The notes under the pieces were generated by a model that saw only the letters and a list, made by a program, of their open reading frames with translations, was not told the origin of the DNA and did not search any database. Source: Tubulanus polymorphus (Eukaryota > Animalia > Nemertea). From it: a stretch of DNA of 64,000 bases. Position numbers and translations under genes: made by a program. Every line of letters starts with the position of its first letter. Positions within the stretch are counted from its first letter, which is position 1. Where the stretch lies: assembly GCF_964204645.1 (NCBI RefSeq), contig NC_134031.1, positions 20,467,910 through 20,531,909 on the forward strand, in the 5' to 3' direction. Positions 39,788 through 52,620 of this stretch are shown here, piece by piece.

Positions 39788-42700
39788 TTAATCCCAATTT
39801 AGTTCCCACTCAACGGTCCCACCTCGCGTATTTTCTTACGCGAGTTTTATATTCTTTCCTGTAAACATCAAACAGTACTTAAATATACCAACATTATGGC
39901 CTACTGCAGTAGGTCGCGTCATTAGGCTATCACGATTTTTAGATAACAAATTGTTTCCGGGTTTATAAGGCTTATCTATACCTACTATGCGCATTCAAAA
40001 CACATTCTCATAATATTTGAACAATAAACTTGTTGAAAGCTATTGGAACAACTACAATAATAGATTGGATAATAGATTTATCGTGAATAACAATAAATCC
40101 TAATTTCACTTTCGCTTTCTGATGAATTAGATTCCCGTGTATCTTGTATTTGCCAGAATGCTGTCGGTGTACTGCATGCGCTGCTATCGCGATCACGGAA
40201 ACGACTGTACGATCGCAGTAAACGTTGTCGACTGATCACCATCGTAAAATTCGTAAAATTCGCCATCATTCGCTTTCATTGTTTCAGCACAGTTCGTCGA
40301 AATCCAGTTAAAATGGTTTGAAAAATGGTTTTTTGAAAATGTTTCTATTTTTTCCACACCTGACTATTTTCTTATTCTTATTCATCTACATAATAATGGT
40401 GCAAGGAAAAATTTCTATTTTCTCCGATATTTAAATCATTATCATGATTTTCTATTCAACTTATCGAATCTCGAATAAAGATTAATATCAACTTATCTCA
40501 TAAAGTCTAATTAGTTCGCTTTTATAATTTGAAACACCGCAAAGTGATACGGAATGAAATCCAAGACAAAATTATATGAAAAGAGGATTTTAATTCCTAA
40601 TTTTTCAAGATCTCAAGATACATTAATCTCGGGACTGCAAGAGTATGATTACCTGTCGAAATAAACCGTAATCCGAATTGTGGCCAATGGACCTTTGTGA
40701 GACTTATAAAAAAATATGGAAAAATAGTTCGCATTCGAAAAGTCTGAAAGAATTATTTTCACTCGGTACGGAGGGCGAGTCGAAATCGCAATAGGGAGTG
40801 TTCATATTTAAAATTGTCAGATTTGCTGTTGGACGAAAATAAACCTAAAAGCTACCGGTAAAATCTAGACCGACTGATTTCCGATTCATTGCGTTTAGTC
40901 GGTGGAGTATCACATGTCAAAAACGTTTCATGCGCAGCAGCAACTTTCCATTTTCCCGGAACAATCCCCTTTTGTATCACATTCGATGTGTAAGTATATA
41001 CGTACGTGAGCCGAATATAATACGTATTAACTGCTGTATTGTATGCCTTATATAGCCTGCAGATGAGTCGTAAACCGCCCAACGTGTGAGAAAAGAAGCG
41101 AGCTATAAAGACTCAATCGCATTTCCTCAAATCGTCTATCTAGTATGTCATTTGCAGCGAAAACCGTGTATTAATATCTGTGTCTGTGCGGTAAGGTTTA
41201 TAAGTAACTTGAATGATGATCCACTTCATGAACGAACGGCGTCTGTCAGTCACGGTATTGACTAGTCCACTAACATAGCAATTCATGATCAACATTTCCG
41301 TTCGATGAAAACAAATTTTTTTGCTTAAGAAATGGTTGGAAAAATCCACGAAAGGCATTTTTTTCAGAATTTCTTTTTGATAGCAATTAGTTATTTCAAA
41401 ACGGGAAAATCATAGCAATAGAAAGCAGTAGAAAGCAGGCCAACGTGTATTCTATATCAACCACCAGCAAAAACACCTGCACCGTGGAAAATCCGAGAAT
41501 ATTGAAATAAATCAACGATTGCTTCATATTTCGGCAAGTTCTTTCTGCAGACATCACTAAGGAAGAATAGTGTGTTACTGGTATATTTCGAGTATAAACG
41601 CATCCGCCCATTGTACATCTGCGTCGATCAATTCATTTCCGTTCGTCTTATTCTTTATGGCCGAAAGCTACAGAATTTGTATGTTATTTCGGCATCATTG
41701 TCGACCGGACCGATGGTGCCTGGTCCCACTGCGGGTAGTAGATAGAAATAAATATAACATACGTGGAAATATTCTAAACGCAATCGATATCACTGTCGTC
41801 CGGGCAGACCTCTTCTAAGACTTATCAATCTTAGACATTCGTCAGAAATTCAAATGACAAACTGGTTACGTTTGGACTAGAAATCTGTTGTGATGATCAG
41901 CAGTCTACGATACCGATATCATCCGGTTAGTATATACGGGATGTCCCAAAATAATGTCCCCTTTTTTCATCTGGAAAAAGTTGGTAATTATTAAGATTCT
42001 GACAGAACAATATATTGCATGAATTCAAAGCACAGGCATGGAATTATTTCTCTCTGAGATATTATGTCGAAAATATTTTTTATCTCATGTAGGTAGCGAT
42101 AGAATCAGATATAAATATAGCTATCGTCACTTATGCTCGTCTATTATTTATGCGCATTTGTTTTACAAAACCTTTCGTGTTCCGAAGCGATTGAAAAATA
42201 CTTCTGTTTCGCATTTCTGGCCGGAGAAAGGTCTGATCGATAATTTCATAATGATACAATTGCTGAATCCCGGTAAGACCGGTGCCGGTGCAACACGTGC
42301 ATCAATGATTTACGTTTATTACTTAGTGAATGCACGCATACGTATTAAATAAAGCTTTTTAATAATTTCATAAATGCACAGCATGTCGAAAATGTGCCGG
42401 GCGATCGTCAACAGAAAAACGGAGATTCCTGGAATGATTACTCGACTCGAGAATAGAGTTGAAACGCGGAAAGAGACATAATGCAATTTGCTGTAAGGTA
42501 ATGATATCGTGCAATCCTACAAAACATGAATATTTTAACAGAAACGACTACACAGAAAGGGAGAACGTGTAATTCCAGCTATAGTTTATGGAAAATTATC
42601 CAATTTCATTCTGTACGGTTTTTATGCTCAATCATTTTCAGCTCCTTATAGATTGTGTTATGATTCCCCTTGAAGAGACACCGCATGCGTTTGATATCTT

Positions 42701-42819
42701 TTGTATATGTCTATACGTCTTTAGTTTAATCAATACTCTATAATCCTCTAATCCGTGTTAACTGTAGATAGATGAAAAGGCCCACAATAGGATTTTATTA
42801 GGTAAAATCAATTAAAATG

Positions 42820-42864
42820 AAACCACAAAGTTTCGACTATTGACAACAGCCATCATCAGGTGAG
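42820..42864 (-). ncRNA. Minimal hammerhead-ribozyme-like motif (probable Penelope-like retroelement remnant)
   Basis: The minus strand reads tcac CTGATGA t ggctgtt-gtc-aatagtc GAAA c ttt gtgg. A related degenerate copy lies at ~5985-6050. Confidence 0.4.
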
Positions 42865-45800
42865 ATGCCATCCTAGTATCGATGTTACCCTTGTAGGGTT
42901 TACAGAACTTTATGTGTATGTTTTGTAAAGATTTGATAACGTGTTGGTCTATTGACCGTTTTAGTATTGGTCAGGGCGCTTCCATTGGCGGGTCCATGGG
43001 CAGGGGGTTTATGGGGTGGCAAACCCATGGTGAGGGGGTTATGGGGTGTCGAACCCACTGCTCCATTTTCTGATGGTGGTATCAATCATATTAATTCATC
43101 GAAGACACCGGTTTTATATGCGTTATATCATTTTAAAAACCAATTATCAAAAATCAACATGCTTTTGCACTTTTTTGTGATTCGATGAAAATTGCCACCA
43201 AAAAGAGCGCGACACATATATATATATATAATTTTTGGTACGAATAAATCGTTTACATATATGTATACATCGAATTCCCAGACATCGGCTAGTCAGTAAC
43301 AAAATGTGTCGAGACATAAAATAGAAATCATAAGTAAACTCAATTACTGGGATATATGTATATTAAACAGGGTCTTATAATACGGCACTTTTGTCGGTCG
43401 CCGCACGCAAAATTCTGTCGATATAATTTCATTATCCCATCATTCACGTTTTATTTCCGACAACCAATGCGCATGCGTCGTCGGACTCACACGGCAGCAG
43501 CCGAGACACGCTGAGCCATTCAAACGTTCTGCAGTCGGTAATATTGTCATTCATACTCCACGAGGAACATCGTCAACCTCTTAAAATGTTGTCGGCGAAA
43601 ACTACGAGAAAAAAAGTGTTTTTCCGGATTATAAATTGATTTAATGTACTCTAGTCTGGCACGATTCTCCCTGTGTTAGCAGACGGTTGATGTCTGGCGT
43701 AGAATGAAGACATCCATATCGAAACACGACGAAATATTGTGGTTAGAAATATCGGGATGTATATACTCCAGGTTGGGTTTTAACTTGATAGTGATCCAGA
43801 ATTCATGAACATACAAACGTATCAGACAACATAATCTCGCGTTCTATACTAAAATACTCGTAATCAAGCTGCGTTAAACGGATTTATTTTGTGTTATGTT
43901 CGAAAAAACATGAGCAGGAAAATCTACATCTCAGCGAATTACATCAATGATATTTAGGACATCAATCGGTCTTCTCTTAAATGGCACCAACATAATCTAA
44001 AGGTAAGCGCTCTCAATTAATCGACTAAATGGACCACGATATATCAACACAAGACCTTCGAACTATTTTTACCGGCTATTGTCGCATCTACTATCTCGTA
44101 TGTAATAAAATCAGATCAGAGCTTAAACCTTTGAAATTCAAATGACGACGACAACAGGATTTTTTTCAAATGAATGACGTCACTTTTTGCTGCGTTCAAA
44201 TTTGAAAATGTATATCATCCATCATCAGGCGGACGAGTCACTTTCGGTCGAGGCAGTACTAATTTACAGGAGTGTCAGTGAGTTATAGTTTACCATAGGT
44301 GGTTGAGTACACTAACATGGCGTAAAGCGTCGTAAAACACAAGGATACGATCGCTTCGAAGACCGGGTGAAAATACAGGGGTGTGGATCCAGGAAATTTA
44401 AATCAGTTAACTTTTTCAAATTTTGTCGTCCGGTAATGTAATATTCAATTTATTAGAGTCTATTTCGCAAAAACTCCCGAAATGCTCTAAAATGCATTGA
44501 ATTTTCAAAACGCTTTTCCAATTACTCGCATTATCCAATATACTGAAACATCCGAAAATCACTGAAGCAAATTTCACGGATAAACTATAAATGGAAAACC
44601 CGAGCCAAAATTCCGATTGGCTAATGATGACATCGTCTAAGCTGCGCGTGTAGCTGCACAAGTGGAGTTTTCAGACAGGGTTTCGTTCTGTAGCGGTCTC
44701 GATGCCATCAGGTTCGGATCCCTGTCGATGACCAGGCAACGAAGTTCGATCAATTTTCCGTTCGGGGGAAGTTCACCTTTTCAAAGAACAACACGGCCAG
44801 CGACTCTCATCTTCCTCAAATGACGATAGTTAGTTAGCTATTTACTACGTCTTATCACCGCATTTATATGATGTGTAATTTTGCTGTTGTGCAGAAACCA
44901 ATATGGCGGATAGAAAAATGATTATTTTCCGGTTGGAACTCCCGCCATTAAGGAGCGTATCATGCGTCGGAACGATCGTCTTCTGAGAGAAGAAAGTTGG
45001 TTCAATATTCATAAGCACACTAAGAATGATCGATGAAGGAAAAATATCGTTATATGAAATTTGCAATTGGCGACACGGTCGCAGAACGTGCCAGACACGT
45101 GATCATACATATCCATAACAACCGCAAAACGCACGCGGAAACCCACTGAATACATCGCATCGAACTGCGATTATTCCGCATCTTTTCCTACGCCGTAGAA
45201 ACCGTTAAAACTAAAATGTTTTCATACACATTTATAACTTATAAGCGTTATCTAAGGTGTACCGAGGGAATCGATGTGCACTACGTCATCAATATTGGCG
45301 TTTCAAAATAACAATTACAATGTGAATTTTGGCATTTATTTCGTAATTAAATATGAAATTATTACGTAACTCTCATATATTTTCGATAGATTTTTACAAC
45401 CATTTTTGGGAGGATGTGACCTACGTCATCAAATACTGACAATTATAGTTAAAGGGGCTTTTAGTATTGGTACTAAGCATCATAGATACAACATAAAACT
45501 TGCTTTTTTACTTTATACGCCCGATGGAACAAGTTCCTGCGGGATAAATAGTGATGATATGAGAGATGAATTATTATCTGTGGATCCCCTTTATATACAT
45601 ATTTATTAAGCCCGATTCCTTTCGGCGGTGCTTTGTCAACCGAGGGGCTGTTTATCTTTACTGGAATATGAAGAAAAAAAAACTAGCAAATCGAATGTTT
45701 TAAGAGAAAATCCGATTATTATAATATCGAATAAATAAATCGTCTCCTAAACAATAGACTAAACATGATTAGAATGATAATCAGGGATCAGTTGTTTATG

Positions 45801-46291
45801 GTGAAAATAATCATCATTACGATAAATATTATGTTTATATAGCGCCGTTCTCAGACTAAGGCCAATAGAACATGTCATGTCAATGCATTTTCTCAAACAT
45901 TGCAACCATGTAGAGTCGAACCCGATCGGCCTGTAGGACACGGTCGCAGACCTCAGGTATGATAGATAAATCAGGTGGCTTGATTTAGAACCGGGTTTTG
46001 TTGAGAATATAGTTGAATCGTTCGCGTGTGTATAGCAATCATAGTTAACCACCAGTAAAGGGAGTGTAAATACGTTATTGCGTGTCATCTTTATTACCAG
46101 GGAAACGTACTGAGACTGCGCCATTACTGAAATTGTCGCCGTGAGATGATGATGTTTGTTCGACATTATTTCTAGTATAAACTGCTCAATTTCCCTTCAG
46201 TTAATGCGAATGCACTCGGCTCTTCATCAATCGCGTTCTGTCGTTTCTCTACTTTCAGAAAGTACTCCCGACCGGATTAATACACGACACC

Positions 46292-48073
46292 ATGAAGAAC
46301 AAAGATCACGTGATCAACTCGGCTGCCGCGGCTGCTCCGTGTATGATAGCGGGCACGAATACGACTACTATGAAGTATTTGGCAGATGACCACCTGGACA
46401 TCAACGACTCTTACAAACGTGAACCTTGGCCTGTTGAGCGACGTATCATCGTTTGTGCATTGATATGTATAGTTATATTAATTACAACGCTCGGGAATCT
46501 ATCGACTATTTTAGCTGTTCGATTTGATAAACGATTGAAACCGATCAGTAACTTGTACATAAGCAGCCTAGCCGCTGCCGATTTGATAGTCGGTTTGTTC
46601 GTGATGACCACTTTTATGGTGTACTCTATCGCCTTCGAGGGCGTGTGGACGTTTGGTTATCTGATGTGCGATATCTGGCAAATTACCGACTACTCGTGTT
46701 GTTCCGCGTCGTTAACGAACGTTTGTGTTATTGCGCACGACCGCTTCACCGCCGTATCGCAACCGTTAAAGAACATACACCGCCGCACGAAAGCTAGAGC
46801 CCGGTTGATGATGGCGTGCGCTTGGGTCGTGCCTTTTGTGTTTTGGATAATATTTTTATCGATAGTTCGCGTAACGAACGGTCATTCGCCCGATAACACG
46901 TGTTATCACATTTGGAAACCGACGTATATCGTGATAATCGCTACGATTTTGGGAATTTACGTCCCGATTGTCGTTATTTTGATTCTATTTAAAAAGATTA
47001 TGAAAGTGTTGCGGTTGCATATGACGCAGATGAATACGCGCATGCGCTCGATAAGGGGGCGTGGCGGTGACCAAACCGAGGACGAGAAATACGACTCATT
47101 CGGCGCAAATCGCAACGAACGTAAGCGCTCTTCGGCGACCAGTTCCGTAAAATTCAGTAGTCAGTCAAAGACGAAAGGCTACTTTTTCATATTTTCAAGA
47201 AAACCGCGCCGGTCCTGGCGACAGAAACTAGGCTCGATTCATAGTCAGAGTACGAGCGCGAGTGAAGGCGCCGTAACTGAAGATCCATCGACTGATTTAT
47301 CAGAAAGCGACCAAGGAGATTGCGTTTTCACGGCTACCGAAACTGCTGTCGTAGGCGATCAAGTTAGAACGAGCGTTTCGTATCGCACCGTCGGCATAAA
47401 TACGAGCGCCGAACGTTTCGTAGAGACCGTCGGAACGAACACGTCACCTTCGTTAGAAAAACACTACGCGCAAAACGTGTTGTTGGCCATCGAATGTACG
47501 AACGCGGAACAGGGCGGTACTAAATCATCACCGGAACTAGCTTACCGCAAATCGGAGCGGAAGGATTCGGGCTATAGCGCGAACGGGTTTCTCAATGCGC
47601 CGATACAACAGTTTCACAGCGTCGACGCCGAGTTAAATCTGTCGGCTCGACCGTGTTCACTGGCGTACGACACCAATATCACCAGATCGGCGTCTTTTAA
47701 CGTCATGCCTCGTAACAAGGAACAACAGCCGAATTCGAACGAGGAAAATACCAAAACAAACCCGCATACGCTCTACGGCGAATACATGCGCGCCGAAAGA
47801 TATATGAACCTGGAAAAAATCCGGCTATCGAAACAAATCAGCGCCGCTAAAACTCTGGGAGCCATAATGGCCGTACTGTTAGTTTGTTGGATACCGTTTG
47901 CTATTATTTGGCCCATCAAAACTTACTGCCATAACTGCATCACCCAGAGAGTCTACGACATAGCCGTTTGGATTAACTATTTGAACAGTACCGTCAACCC
48001 CGTGATTTATTGTTTATGTAATCAGAATTTCCGCCGAGCTTACAAGCGTTTATTCAAACGATGCGCTCTGTGA
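46292..48073 (+). CDS. Intronless biogenic-amine GPCR, histamine H1/muscarinic-like
   Basis: LGN (TM1), SLAAADLIVG (TM2), CDIWQITDY with Asp3.32, HDRF, long ICL3, AAKTLG..CWIPF (TM6), NSTVNPVIY (TM7). Confidence 0.9.
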   Translation: MKNKDHVINSAAAAAPCMIAGTNTTTMKYLADDHLDINDSYKREPWPVERRIIVCALICIVILITTLGNLSTILAVRFDKRLKPISNLYISSLAAADLIVGLFVMTTFMVYSIAFEGVWTFGYLMCDIWQITDYSCCSASLTNVCVIAHDRFTAVSQPLKNIHRRTKARARLMMACAWVVPFVFWIIFLSIVRVTNGHSPDNTCYHIWKPTYIVIIATILGIYVPIVVILILFKKIMKVLRLHMTQMNTRMRSIRGRGGDQTEDEKYDSFGANRNERKRSSATSSVKFSSQSKTKGYFFIFSRKPRRSWRQKLGSIHSQSTSASEGAVTEDPSTDLSESDQGDCVFTATETAVVGDQVRTSVSYRTVGINTSAERFVETVGTNTSPSLEKHYAQNVLLAIECTNAEQGGTKSSPELAYRKSERKDSGYSANGFLNAPIQQFHSVDAELNLSARPCSLAYDTNITRSASFNVMPRNKEQQPNSNEENTKTNPHTLYGEYMRAERYMNLEKIRLSKQISAAKTLGAIMAVLLVCWIPFAIIWPIKTYCHNCITQRVYDIAVWINYLNSTVNPVIYCLCNQNFRRAYKRLFKRCAL

Positions 48074-51013
48074 ACGCGTGCGTGTGACGTCACATCAGAC
48101 GTCCACACGTCGTCTCCTAGAGACAACGTGATGCGTTTTCTACAAACAACGAGTATCTCTCTATTCCAATATTTGTGATAAAAAAAAGTAAACTTCCATC
48201 CAACGAAGTTGTTCTAATGATGCTATAAAAACGTCGCTTGCTGGTTCTTGCGGCGTAGCAGATCACGCTTGTGAATTTGTTTATTACGTGTTTAACGTCT
48301 ATTTGATAAAATCTCATGTAATAAATTTCAACGCATACGGATTTCAAACAAACCAATGTTTATAATCTTTTCGAATCGTTCCCAGGGTCGCAATTCGTGG
48401 TGATATTAAGAAATTTATAATCAGGCTGGCCGCGCTTAAGGGGTCGCGTTTACCTTTACGAGCTGTCGATGTCTCTATGAATTGAGAATTCCTTCGACTC
48501 TTGTGGTCGATCGACTGGCGTTAAAGCAAACGACACAGGGAAACGCCGAAACACAGAAACATTGAATCAAACATGCTTGATCTCGGAAACATTGACCCCA
48601 AAACCAAGCACTGAGAAACATGTTTCCTGTTTCCGCATTTTCGTGCGTCGTGTGCGTTGGGTTTAAGGCTAAAACAAATCAAATTCAATCTACCTTCCTG
48701 ATGGAACCGAAAAGATTCATTTCATTTCAAGCCACAACTCTGCAACCGCGGCCAGGTTTTGTTTTCGATAAAGTGGTGAAAGTTTGTTCTCTTCGCGTAT
48801 CGATCAAATTCCACATCAAAACGTTTTCAATCATTTCGATCGACGACCGAAATCATGATCAACAACTTCAGGTCAATCTGAAGACGTTAATATCATTACA
48901 AGTTAAGCCGTCTGGCTAAGAGTCCTGATAATTCATTGAATTTCGAAGAGGTGATAAGGTGATTACGAGCTTGTCAATCGTGATTCATGGTTTGAACAAA
49001 AATGAATTCATCGCTCGCGAATTGCGAGCAGTATAACTCAATTTGAGAAAGAGGTTGTTGCCCGGTTGGAAGAACGATCCTGAAGACATCCCTGGATAAC
49101 AACCAGTTTCTTTTATAGACAACGTGATAATGCTATTATGGAGACGAGACCTGCGATCGTGAAACAGATATTTTACTCCGTTCCCCGGAGACTTTGCCGC
49201 GGACGAACTCAACAAAGTAATAAAACCCCGCGCACGGGAGAGTCGCGACAACACGATGTGTATACGGAGAACAAACCGACTGCTTTACAGATTACTCCAG
49301 TTTGAAAATGAAGACAGAATACCTAGCGAATTAACTATTCTCTCGCGCTGACAGGTCCCGCGATAAAACAGCAAATGAAGATATAGTTTTTAGGGCCCAT
49401 TTTCCTTGATTCCGGCGACTTGTCGTTATATCGACGAAAACCGTAAGACGAGATATACCCTGTACTAAAACTGCCGCTAAAGCTGACAAGCGATACATCA
49501 TGTTCCGACTCCACTAGTAATCATGATTCCGATTTGGTTCACGATCGGTGACTTTTTGTATGCAGTTCATGCTTCCTCGCGGCCTTGATACCGATGCATT
49601 TAAATATCAAAGGTCGATGCGCCGTTGAAGTTTTTGGACAATTTGATTTTCCGCCTGTCGGCAATTCTGCTTCTGTAAAACGGAATATTACAAAATTGGT
49701 CACGCGCTTTGTGTTTTCTGGTGGGAATCAAATCTGACATTTTATAAATCCTCGCTATCATTTGCTAATTCGGTGCCTAGTAGGTAAACTCGCATTATAG
49801 CGCCAACTGAAAATTGAAATGAATTAGCTCGAAGATAGTTGCATAAAAGCCCGAACTTCTAAGAGTTATAAAGTTCATCAGTAAAAATGATCTTTGAAGT
49901 TGTTTTCTAATATTTTCATCTAATAACTATGCGTATTTATAAATCTGGATAGGATTTAATGACGCGTGCAATTTCATTCCACGGAAATCGTGTACATTTT
50001 CAAAATGCCGACTTTCATTTCATGACGACAGTGTCCGATTTTTTTGCAGTACAGTTGTCATGATATAATACCCTAGAAATGTCGGCTGCCGTTGGGCAAC
50101 GGCAAGTTCTACAGCTTCACTTGTATTTCATATATCCCTAATTATTCCGGCGAATTTCGCAAATAGAATAATGATTAAGCGAAATGCGGATCGAAAGATG
50201 TAGAGCTACTCCCGCGTGGAGTTCACAGATAATGAGTTTTCGCCGAAATTGCGTCGTAACTGGGGAGCGATTACCCACGAGCTGGTTCCACTGACTGGAC
50301 GAACATTTCGCACGATAGCTCCTCTCAATACAGACGAAATGCCCACTCAATACAGATCTAATATTAAACAAGAAAACTGACTTGAAGTTTATTGATGACT
50401 GATTAACACATGTATTGCTTAAGATCCGGAAGAAGAAACATAAAATATTTCAATGTATTTGCCATGATAGAAAAATACGGTTTAGGAATAGCTCAATGTG
50501 CTCCTCGGATCGGATACAATCAAACGTTTAGGCTGCATGTCAAAAACTAGACATTCCGAGGAGATTTACTTGCTTTTAGAGTTTTAGATCTTACGGATAG
50601 ATCATATTGTTGGAACGGCCATGTTACGTATGTCCGCAAATTGACTATTAAATCATTTCATTTCTCGTTATATTTACGATATGTCAGGTACGACAGACGG
50701 ACGGCCGACCTTTCCGCGCTTGAGAGATCTGCAACAATTATTTCGCAAATCTAGAAAAAAGGGTCGGTGTCTGTTGGCGAGATTTATTAGGTCTCGCGAT
50801 GTTGACGTTTGTTCGTGGATGACAGCATTTCGCCCACGTAAAAGAAGATAAGTATTCGATATCTCAGCGGTAAACGAACACGAATATCATCATCACATCA
50901 GCTATAGCACTCGATTCACGTGATATATCAAATTCTAAATCATTTGTTGTCGACAGTTAAATAGCGATGTTTTTCGCGTTATTCGCGACGTGTTTCAATA
51001 TTCGTCGGTTTTA

Positions 51014-51179
51014 ACTGTCGAAGCGCGCGGAGCGGTGCAGATTCACTGTCGGAGCGCGCGGAGCGGTGCAGATTCACTGTCGGAGCGCGCGGAGCGGTGC
51101 AAATTAACTGTCGGAGCGCGCGGAGCGGTGCAAATTAACTGTCGGAGCGCGCGGAGCGGTGCAGATTCACTGTCGGAGC
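51014..51179. repeat. 31-bp GC-rich tandem repeat, 5 copies plus a partial unit
   Basis: Unit actgtcggagcgcgcggagcggtgca(g/a)att(c/a). Confidence 0.95.
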
Positions 51180-51403
51180 TTGTGCTGCGTTTAGTGTCAT
51201 GTTATTCTAATAAAGTCCACTTACCGAGATTAGTGCATCGCAGCGCCTTCAGTGGAGACCTTCCAAGCGAGGCTCCGATGTTGCTTGCCTTGTACGTTAA
51301 TCCTCTCTCATTCGCCGCCCACACACTGGTCCGACTGGTCGGGACTATCTTGTTCCTGGCTGATGGTCGTGTCCGCCGGGTCAGAATCCTAGTTCCTCAG
51401 TAA

Positions 51404-51567
51404 GGGCCAAATTCAGTTCTCGTATCTAGTCGACTAGTGGTCGGAACTAATAACCGAATGCGCTTTATTTCCGAACTATTTCCGGACTATGGTTCCGACT
51501 GACTGACATTCGGTTTCACTTAGTTCGACTATAGTCGCGACTAACTCCGATAACCAAAGTTCGCCCA
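51404..51567. mobile_element. Harbinger-like MITE (same family as 28390-28454)
   Basis: gggccaaattcagttctcgtatctagtcgactag ... gactaactccgataaccaaagttcgccc, with internal ccgact/ccgaact repeats. Confidence 0.65.
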
Positions 51568-52201
51568 GCGTACGTGGGTCACCAGTCAATTTCAGTCTCC
51601 TCGTGATGGAATGAAAATGTTTCGGAATTTTCTGCAAATTTTTCATCCTGAAACAACTGATTCCAGACAGCCGTGTAGGTTAGCTGTGTTTGTTTCAATA
51701 CTCTCAATTTCGGCACAATTTTTCCTATTACTCGTCGTAATAGTTACCGATATGAAATTGATTCATTTTCCTCTAGAAAAATGAAGTTTTCGCAGAAAAT
51801 TCCAAAACAGGTTCATTCCACAAGTTCGAACTAGTATTGTCCCACTGAAGTTATCTTCGTCAAAGAAGGCTGAAAATCGAATCTTAGTCTTAGAAGATTT
51901 CCTTAATGTCCAAGAGAAATGGGCCTGCTGCTTTCAAGGGTTCGAATCCAGCCCGAGTTGTCCAGTGTCCATTGACGAAGGCTGCATGCGACAGTGGGTC
52001 CGAATCAGGAATTAAAACACGATGTTCCCTTATTCCGTAGAGGAGCCTGGGGTATAAACCGGGTTTAGAATAATTATAACGAGACAAGTATAAGTATACA
52101 ATATAGGTTTATTTGACGCACAAGCTTTCGCTACTAATCAGTATATATAGGCAGACTGACACTAATTAGACAGAACCGAGTGAGAAGATTAATTACAAAT
52201 A

Positions 52202-52352
52202 CACAATACAATACATATTACAATACATAATACAATACATGGTACAATACATATTACAATGTATGGTACAATACATAATACAATACATAATATAATACAT
52301 GGTACAATACATAATACAATACATATTACAATACATATATTACAATACATAA
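52202..52352. repeat. Degenerate 12-bp minisatellite (tacaatacataa-like)
   Basis: Repeated acaatacat(a/g) units. Confidence 0.9.
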
Positions 52353-52430
52353 CTGAGTGAGTTGATATATGATTAATTACAGAACAACAAAATAAGTGAT
52401 GTATCTGGGATGTGCAAAAATGACAAAAAG

Positions 52431-52620
52431 AATGGCGCGAGATTACTTCAAAATAAAATGGCGCGAGATTACCTCCAAATAAAATGGCGCGAGATGAAAA
52501 ATAAAATGGTGCGAGATGAGACTTCGAAATGAAATGACGCGAGATGAGACTTCGAAATATAATGGTGCGAGATGAGACTTCGAAAAAATGGCGCGAGATT
52601 ACTTCAAAATAAAATGGCGC
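52431..52620. repeat. Degenerate tandem array of aaaatggcgcgagat units
   Basis: About 8 imperfect copies of AAAATGG(C/T)GCGAGAT with variable spacers. Confidence 0.85.
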
